DNA of 31,098 bases. It comes from a virus. Its lineage: Duplodnaviria; Caudoviricetes. The stretch covers positions 1-31,098 of IMG/VR virus record IMGVR_UViG_3300013767_000020, one strand, 5' to 3'. Below the pieces are notes generated by a model, which saw only the letters and a program-made list of their open reading frames with translations, made no database searches and was not told where the DNA came from. The translations under genes and the position numbers were made by a program. Of the stretch, positions 26,356 through 31,098 are shown one piece after another. The stretch's first letter is position 1. Each line of letters opens with the position of its first letter.

Positions 26356-27828
26356 CTAAAACGCCCATTGCTTGCCTGCAATTAGCCTGTGGAATGCCCG
26401 CGATAGCGCGTCGATCTGGTCGTCGTGCGTACCGTTCGGGAACATGCGCATTTCGTCGGTCAACACCTTGTTCCACGCCGCACGTAGCATGAAGACGTTG
26501 CCCGCTTCCATCTGCGCCGCAAATGCCGATGCTCGGGTGATCTTGCTGCCAGTTTCAGGCGTGAACTCCACCGTGTACCCAGCCAGCCGCTGTACCATGT
26601 TGAATGCTTGCGCCTTGCCGGCCTGACCGGGATCTTGCGGGCCGCTGATAGCCACTTCAGGGCCATCCATAGCCGCCGTCGATATCAACGACTGCTCGAC
26701 ATCCAGCGGACTGCCGCGGAATCGGTTGATATCGCAGATATAGAAGCGGCCCATTGCGTCGCGGCCCATGAGCCCACCGACCGTCCAGTCCGCCTTCTTG
26801 CTCTCCGCCTCGGTAGTGCCGGCCAAGTCCCAGCCGCGCGCCCGCTGGAGCCCAATAGGCAACGCGTCGATCAGGGTGATGCGATCTGGCTTGAACAGGC
26901 TTCCGTCCGCCGGCGCCGGCCGCTGCTGGAAGAGTGCCGACCAGGTGCGCTGGTTCTGCTCGAACTGCGCCCAGTGTTTCAGGTCGAACCACTGCGGCCA
27001 GAGGTATTCGCCATACTCACGACCGAGCGGGTCGTTGTCGACCTCGCATCGCGCCTGCAGGCAGACGACTTCCCAGTGGTTGCCGTCCTTGCACAGGATG
27101 CGACCGCTTTCGCCGTTCCAGCCATCCGGCAAGATTCTACCGGCCAAGTCATCTTCGTGCCAGCGCGTCTGAATCAGAACGATCCAGCCGCCCGGGATCA
27201 AACGCGTCTTCAGATCATCTTCGTACGCGTCCCACGTCTTCTGGCGGATCGTTTCGGAATCGGCCTGCTCGCGGCCCTTGATCGGGTCGTCGATGATGAC
27301 GCCGTGGGCGCGGTTCCCGGTGATGCCCGAGAGAATGCCGCACGCCATGTACTCGCTGCCGTTGGTCAGGGCGAACTCTTGCGCGGCTTGCGAGTCGGCG
27401 GTCAGTTCCGCCTTGAATATCTGCTTGTATCGACGCTGCCGCAGGATTGAGCGCGTGCGACGCCCCATCTTACGGGCCAGGTCATCGCCATAGCTGGCGA
27501 GGATGATCTTCTTGTTCGGCTCGCGCCCAAGGTACTGCGCCGGGAAGACGACCGATGCATAGGTCGACTTTGCGGAGCCAGGCGGCATGAACACCATCAT
27601 GCGGCCATGCGGTGTCCGGCTGACTTCGTCAAGCTTGCGCAGCAGCAGGCGATGGTGGTCGGCTACCGTTGTCTCGATCGGCCGGAAGAACTCGGTATCG
27701 GGGTCATCCCCGACCGGGCGCCCCGGTACATCGATCGCATTGCAGAAATCCAAGATGTCGGCGTGAGCTCTACGCCGGATCAACAGTTCCGTGGCAGCCG
27801 CCTGCGGCGATAGCGGCGAGTTCGTCAT
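26356..27828 (-). CDS. terL: Terminase large subunit
   Basis: Walker A MPPGSAKST, ITGNRA..VIIDDPIKG, IQTRWHEDDLAG, WDLA and HDDQIDA nuclease motifs. Confidence 0.96.
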   Translation of the reverse strand: MTNSPLSPQAAATELLIRRRAHADILDFCNAIDVPGRPVGDDPDTEFFRPIETTVADHHRLLLRKLDEVSRTPHGRMMVFMPPGSAKSTYASVVFPAQYLGREPNKKIILASYGDDLARKMGRRTRSILRQRRYKQIFKAELTADSQAAQEFALTNGSEYMACGILSGITGNRAHGVIIDDPIKGREQADSETIRQKTWDAYEDDLKTRLIPGGWIVLIQTRWHEDDLAGRILPDGWNGESGRILCKDGNHWEVVCLQARCEVDNDPLGREYGEYLWPQWFDLKHWAQFEQNQRTWSALFQQRPAPADGSLFKPDRITLIDALPIGLQRARGWDLAGTTEAESKKADWTVGGLMGRDAMGRFYICDINRFRGSPLDVEQSLISTAAMDGPEVAISGPQDPGQAGKAQAFNMVQRLAGYTVEFTPETGSKITRASAFAAQMEAGNVFMLRAAWNKVLTDEMRMFPNGTHDDQIDALSRAFHRLIAGKQWAF

Positions 27829-28453
27829 CGGTGTATTCGTGTGCGCTGCGCCGGGTCTCTATTGGGCCGCCGTCTTTGCCGGTCACTTCGACCTTCTGCG
27901 CCTCAGCAATGCCGTAGGCTTCCCGCTCCAGTCCAATCAGCACCTTGAGCGTGTCGGCCAGCTTTTTCATGCTGTCCACGCGTCCGGCGCCAGAAAGCAC
28001 CTTGCGGTAGATGTCGTTCCGCTTGTCCTGGCCCCTGTCATCCTCACTGCGGAGGATCTCGCCTAGTTCGGTGAACAGATCAAGGTTGCCGGTCTCGATC
28101 TCCAATTCCTCAAGCAACGACATCGCCAGCCGGCGGGACCGGGCAATATCACTCCGGTGCGCCATCCGAACGCCAGCGATCACCTCGGCGTTAGCCTCGA
28201 CGATCAGGCGCTCGGTAGCCGCAGTATCCGCGGATACCTGACTGGATACCTCCCGCTTGGATACCAGCGCTTCGGCCTTCGCCTTGATCTTGGCGGACAG
28301 GTCTCTCGTCCACCCGTCGCGCTTGGCGCGCTTATTGATCGCGCCGTGGGTAATCCCCTGAGAGGCCGCAATTTCCCGGACGGACAGAACGCCGGCCCGG
28401 TAGTCAGCTTCGATGCGCTCCCAGTCCGGCGCCGGCTTTTCAGTCTGCGCCAT
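27770..28453 (-). CDS. terS: Terminase small subunit
   Basis: DWERIEADYRAG.LSVREIA...AINKRAKRDGW HTH, KVEVTGKDGGPI, YTDDELAAI; overlaps TerL. Confidence 0.88.
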   Translation of the reverse strand: MAQTEKPAPDWERIEADYRAGVLSVREIAASQGITHGAINKRAKRDGWTRDLSAKIKAKAEALVSKREVSSQVSADTAATERLIVEANAEVIAGVRMAHRSDIARSRRLAMSLLEELEIETGNLDLFTELGEILRSEDDRGQDKRNDIYRKVLSGAGRVDSMKKLADTLKVLIGLEREAYGIAEAQKVEVTGKDGGPIETRRSAHEYTDDELAAIAAGGCHGTVDPA

Positions 28454-28468
28454 GTGATTCTTCCTTGG

Positions 28469-28654
28469 TTACTTCCCGCAGCCCTCAATAGCTGCAAGGT
28501 GCCGCCCCAGCGTGTTATGCGCGTCGGCCCGCTCGTGGATCTCGTCCGATGCGCCCGACAACGGATGCGCCTGGCCCGTTCGGCGGTTCAGCACGATTCC
28601 CGGCTGATCCAGTAGCGCGGCGCGGGCGATGCGGAGTGCTTCGGTTAGGGTCAT
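28469..28654 (-). CDS. Hypothetical protein (61 aa)
   Basis: Fills the gap, tight packing. Confidence 0.5.
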   Translation of the reverse strand: MTLTEALRIARAALLDQPGIVLNRRTGQAHPLSGASDEIHERADAHNTLGRHLAAIEGCGK

Positions 28655-28657
28655 GGC

Positions 28658-28948
28658 TCAGCAGGTAAGGGTTACCTTGCCGGCATCAAGCCAGTGGGGC
28701 GGGACTGCGGTGCGATCAACCGGCGGCCATGCATCAGCCGGGCGAGTCGTGCCTCCACCCTTGCGCAGGCCATCCATGACCCGCTGCATGTCCTTGACGT
28801 CGACCTTGGCGCCAACTGGCGGCGTCACCTTGATGAAACAAGTCGCCAGATGCTCGCGGATAGACTTCCATTGCTCAGGCGTCGGCGGCGCGTCGCCGCT
28901 CAATTCCGCGAAGCCTTGCAGCCAGTAGAGAAACTGTTCCGGGCTCAT
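28658..28948 (-). CDS. Phage hypothetical protein
   Basis: MSPEQFLYWLQGFAEL...PTPEQWKSIREHL pattern recalled from phage hypotheticals. Confidence 0.7.
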   Translation of the reverse strand: MSPEQFLYWLQGFAELSGDAPPTPEQWKSIREHLATCFIKVTPPVGAKVDVKDMQRVMDGLRKGGGTTRPADAWPPVDRTAVPPHWLDAGKVTLTC

Positions 28949-28952
28949 AGCA

Positions 28953-29039
28953 TCAACCTTTGTTGTTCGGCCACATGGACACGCCGCACATGAGCAGCCA
29001 GAGGCCGACGCAGTAGCTGGTGTAGATCGGAGCCCACAT
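28953..29039 (-). CDS. Possible 28-aa hydrophobic peptide
   Basis: MWAPIYTSYCVGLWLLMCGVSMWPNNKG*, GAGGG upstream, abuts both neighbours. Confidence 0.4.
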   Translation of the reverse strand: MWAPIYTSYCVGLWLLMCGVSMWPNNKG

Positions 29040-29041
29040 GG

Positions 29042-29140
29042 TCAAGCCCTCGGCAGGCGCTCAAGGAGCGAGCGCAGCGCGCGGCTCGGCTTCGGGCCTT
29101 TGGCCTGGCGTTTCTCGACGTAGGAGCCTTGACTGGGCAT
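29042..29140 (-). CDS. Possible 32-aa basic peptide
   Basis: GAGGT RBS; MPSQGSYVEKRQAKGPKPSRALRSLLERLPRA*. Confidence 0.4.
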   Translation of the reverse strand: MPSQGSYVEKRQAKGPKPSRALRSLLERLPRA

Positions 29141-29157
29141 CGCGCACCTCAGATGTA

Positions 29158-29181
29158 AGAAACCGCCAATGGGGATGGCGG
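29158..29181 (-). terminator. Terminator-like hairpin after the tRNA cluster
   Basis: CCGCCA/TGGCGG stem plus TTTCTT on the minus strand. Confidence 0.55.
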
Positions 29182-29213
29182 AAAACCGCGCGAGCGCGGC
29201 GGGAGGGAGACAC

Positions 29214-29289
29214 TGGTAGACCGCGCGGGATTCGAACCCGACCTAGCCACCTTGAAAGGGTGGTGACCTCACCAGAAGTCGAGCGGTCC
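29214..29289 (-). tRNA. tRNA-Glu (TTC)
   Basis: GGACCGC/GCGGTCT acceptor, CCACC-CTTTCAA-GGTGG anticodon arm, GTTCGAATCCC T arm, encoded CCA. Confidence 0.9.
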
Positions 29290-29293
29290 AAAC

Positions 29294-29368
29294 TGGAGCG
29301 GGCTGCGAGAATCGAACTCGCCTAGATAGCGTGGAAGGCTATCGCCTCAGCCAATCGGCCAAGCCCGC
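29294..29368 (-). tRNA. tRNA-Gly (TCC)
   Basis: GCGGGCT/AGCCCGC acceptor, T discriminator plus CCA, ATAGC-CTTCCAC-GCTAT anticodon arm, GTTCGATTC T loop. Confidence 0.92.
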
Positions 29369-29374
29369 AAAATC

Positions 29375-29465
29375 TGGCGGAAGATGCAGGAATCGAACCT
29401 GCGCAGCGGCTTGCGCCCACTGTACGGATTAGCAATCCGCTGCCTTACCGCTCGGCCAATCTTCC
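29375..29465 (-). tRNA. tRNA-Ser (GCT)
   Basis: GGAAGAT/ATCTTCC acceptor, G discriminator plus CCA, TTGCTAA loop, long variable arm. Confidence 0.94.
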
Positions 29466-29473
29466 ATATGGGT

Positions 29474-29637
29474 TGAGGGAACCACAGCGCCGGGTTGTCT
29501 AGCCCGAACGGCTTACGTGGGGGCCAACCTTGGGGCCGCATCGTGCGGCGGTGTCCACTACCCCGGGCTAGGCGCGAGCCAGTTTCGGGAATCGGCACCC
29601 TAGGGACATCAATGGTCGGTTGGCGCTGTCACCCTCA
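29474..29637 (-). ncRNA. Multibranch structured non-coding element of unknown class
   Basis: Nested helices (plus-strand text): TGAGGG/CCCTCA, ACAGCGCC/GGCGCTGT, CTAGCCCG/CGGGCTAG, GCCGCA/TGCGGC. Confidence 0.5.
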
Positions 29638-29754
29638 TCGCTCCATCCTGGAAGGTCGATTTCCAGGCACGTACCGGGTTATCAGCCCGGGGCTCTGCCT
29701 TGCCTACCGCTTGGCCTTCGCGGCGCGACTTTCTGAGCTAATGGAGTGATGAGG
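29633..29754 (-). ncRNA. tRNA-Ile(GAT)-like cloverleaf with expanded D and T loops and no CCA
   Basis: ACTCCAT-TA-GCTC-[39 nt]-GAGC-C-CCGGG-CTGATAA-CCCGG-TACGTG-CCTGGAA-ATCGACC-TTCCAGG-ATGGAGC, closed by an extra CCTCATC/GATGAGG helix. Confidence 0.65.
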
Positions 29755-29807
29755 TGCCTCATCGAGGCGTTGTGTGGATTCCGCCACACAAGACACAAAA
29801 CTTTCGT

Positions 29808-29836
29808 TTGCGTTTTGATAATACGTTAGCTATAGT
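29808..29836 (+). promoter_or_regulatory. Sigma70 promoter antisense to the late leader
   Basis: TTGCGT-17 nt-TATAGT. Confidence 0.65.
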
Positions 29837-30051
29837 CACACACAACAGCAGGCCGATTAGCAGAATTCGCCGGATTCCCCGGCAAGGAGATGCCCCGTGA
29901 CGACCAACCCCTATCCCGCAACCGGCGCAAGAAGACATCTGGCGCTTAGGAATCTCCGCAGAAGAGTCTGCGCGCGGCCCCCGATGACTGGCGCAGGGGC
30001 CGCGCAGTGAGATCGGGGGAGTACAGCGCCAGGCAGGAGGAAACAAGAACA

Positions 30052-30084
30052 GGCCCCGCCAACGAGTGGGGCTTTTCCCTTTTT
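30052..30084 (+). terminator. Intrinsic terminator (plus strand)
   Basis: GGCCCCGC/GTGGGGCT stem plus TTTCCCTTTTT. Confidence 0.7.
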
Positions 30085-30159
30085 AGGCAAGCACTTACAT
30101 AACCTTACAACTTGCTGGCGTACTATGACCTACATTCAGTAAGCGTGCTTATAAATGCC

Positions 30160-30187
30160 AAGAGCCCGCGCATCTGGCGGGCTCTTT
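30160..30187. terminator. Strong hairpin just downstream of the late-type promoter
   Basis: AAGAGCCCGC/GCGGGCTCTT 10-bp stem; short U tails on both strands. Confidence 0.55.
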
Positions 30188-30234
30188 CGGGATCAGCTTC
30201 ATGGATTCGGGTGATGTATCGCTACCTTGCCTGC

Positions 30235-30263
30235 ATATTAGCAAGCACGGCGCACATAGTCAA
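30235..30263 (-). promoter_or_regulatory. Putative late (pR'-like) sigma70 promoter
   Basis: TTGACT-17 nt-TAATAT pointing into the tRNA/terminase region. Confidence 0.7.
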
Positions 30264-30285
30264 GCGTTTTGCACACTGGTTAGCA

Positions 30286-30546
30286 TCATGGTCCAAAAAA
30301 TAGGCGCTCTACCCTCTCCTTTAATCTGGTGACGAGGGCCATGGCCGGCCGCGGATTGTTCCGATCCGCCAGGCACCCCATCAGTTTGTACGCGGTCGAG
30401 CCATCATCCATCACGTAAGCGATGACGATGCCCTTGACCTTCCCCGACTTAAAATCTGCTGCCACCTCGTCCAGCTCGTCACAAGCGTCACTTGTGGGTT
30501 CGCTTTGAAACAGAGGGACTACGTTGTTTTTTTTCGCTGCTCTCAT
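30286..30546 (-). CDS. Hypothetical protein overlapping the repressor 3' end
   Basis: 86 aa alpha/beta protein (NVVPLF...GKVKGIVIAYV), 59-nt overlap with the repressor. Confidence 0.7.
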   Translation of the reverse strand: MRAAKKNNVVPLFQSEPTSDACDELDEVAADFKSGKVKGIVIAYVMDDGSTAYKLMGCLADRNNPRPAMALVTRLKERVERLFFGP

Positions 30547-30952
30547 TGTCTGTGAGGGTGATTACCCGTCCTTTCGTTGCATCGGCTGATTTCTCATCCA
30601 GGTTGATGTGTCCAAGGAAGCCTTCCCGCTCCGTACTATCCACCATATCGAGCAACTCGACCAGTGCATCTAATTTGGCGCGTGGCAGCTCCAAAAGCTT
30701 GTCAAAAATCTGACGCGCAACCATGACATGCGCGTCCTCGATGTGAGATACGTCCATCCAGCCGTGCGGCTTCTTCGTGCCGAACTCCAGGCGGCGCGCG
30801 AGTTCGTCCCCGATCGCTCGGAACGCGCCCTTGCCCACGCACTGGGATAGGTAGCTCTGGGACGTTCCGGCGAGCTTGGCAACCGCCGTGAGGCTCCCCA
30901 CCTCCTTCTCGAGGAGGCGAACGTTCATGCGTCGAATAGTTTTGATATCCAT
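30488..30952 (-). CDS. CI-like XRE HTH repressor (154 aa), no S24 peptidase domain evident
   Basis: MDIKTIRRMNVRLL...AVAKLAGTSQSYLSQ...IGDELARRLE...PHGWMD typical prophage repressor N-domain; divergent from a cro-like gene. Confidence 0.85.
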   Translation of the reverse strand: MDIKTIRRMNVRLLEKEVGSLTAVAKLAGTSQSYLSQCVGKGAFRAIGDELARRLEFGTKKPHGWMDVSHIEDAHVMVARQIFDKLLELPRAKLDALVELLDMVDSTEREGFLGHINLDEKSADATKGRVITLTDNESSEKKQRSPSVSKRTHK

Positions 30953-30959
30953 GCCGCCA

Positions 30960-30987
30960 ATTCTAGCGCCATCAAAATTTATGTCAA
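30960..30987 (-). promoter_or_regulatory. Repressor promoter giving a probably leaderless mRNA
   Basis: TTGACA-16 nt-TAGAAT, 7 nt before the ATG at 30952; no Shine-Dalgarno. Confidence 0.75.
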
Positions 30988-31058
30988 CGCGTTCGCAACA
31001 TGCACATGATTTTGCGTTATAACGGGTGTGCACGACCAACCTAACGTGGAGATACCCT

Positions 31059-31098
31059 ATGAATCTGTCCGAATGGCTTGATGCGACTAGCACCGCCA
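31059..31098 (+). CDS. Cro-like regulator, 5' end only
   Basis: GGAGA RBS, MNLSEWLDATSTA..., divergent from the repressor; TATAAC -10 at 31018-31023. Confidence 0.6.
   Translation, partial: MNLSEWLDATSTA

Noticed and set aside
255-28615. Many long plus-strand and alternative-frame ORFs in the track (e.g. 15475-17277, 24963-25982, 20861-21832)
   Set aside because: Shadow ORFs of high-GC coding sequence; Arg/Pro-rich, no RBS or motifs, fully overlapping well-supported genes
29294-29368. Opal suppressor tRNA that would read through the tail fibre TGA
   Set aside because: The loop CTTCCAC gives anticodon TCC (Gly, reads GGA), not TCA; several other genes end normally at TGA, so there is no sign of genome-wide recoding
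29578-29616. Hammerhead-like core (minus strand TTGATGT...CGAAAC)
   Set aside because: Does not match CTGANGA, and stems I/III with an NUH cleavage site could not be built
29843-30050. CsrB/RsmZ-like GGA-repeat sRNA
   Set aside because: Only a handful of GGA motifs, mostly not in short hairpin loops
30088-30159. Additional promoter (TACTAT at 30121) within an imperfect AAGCAC-TTAC/GTAAG-CGTGCTT inverted repeat
   Set aside because: No acceptable -35 at 16-18 nt spacing; cannot be supported from sequence alone
30953-31058. Repressor operator palindromes
   Set aside because: Only short GCACA/TGTGC half-sites; no convincing repeated inverted motif could be defined by eye

Overview
GC-rich (roughly 60-65% by eye) temperate myovirus/prophage segment, probably from a Burkholderiales-type host (inference from composition and protein style). 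From the right end it reads: a divergent cro-like/repressor switch, a small gene, a sigma70 late-type promoter, a highly structured non-coding leader, three tRNAs (Ser-GCT, Gly-TCC, Glu-TTC), then one long minus-strand late region. That region runs terminase, portal, protease/scaffold, major capsid, neck, sheath, tube, -1 frameshifting tail chaperone, tape measure, baseplate, tail fibre, fibre chaperone, holin, SAR endolysin and spanins. Inserts include two HNH genes, a GIY-YIG gene, an HNH-like gene and a plus-strand moron (SGNH-fold lipoprotein plus acyltransferase-3). Main findings: (1) two dissimilar HNH genes carry the same ~95-nt covarying cis module, an antisense -10 box in codons 5-7 plus an RBS-covering hairpin and a terminator-like hairpin at identical spacing, which predicts symR/sar-like antisense RNAs. 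(2) A non-canonical tRNA-Ile-like cloverleaf with a 39-nt D-loop, an extended acceptor helix and no CCA is interlocked with a second multibranch RNA in the late leader. (3) The tail fibre gene is interrupted by a single in-frame TGA. (4) The SGNH lipoprotein next to the O-acyltransferase lacks its catalytic residues. (5) About ten terminators lie inside the late region with no antiterminator gene in view. All calls are from motif reading and gene order; no searches were run.
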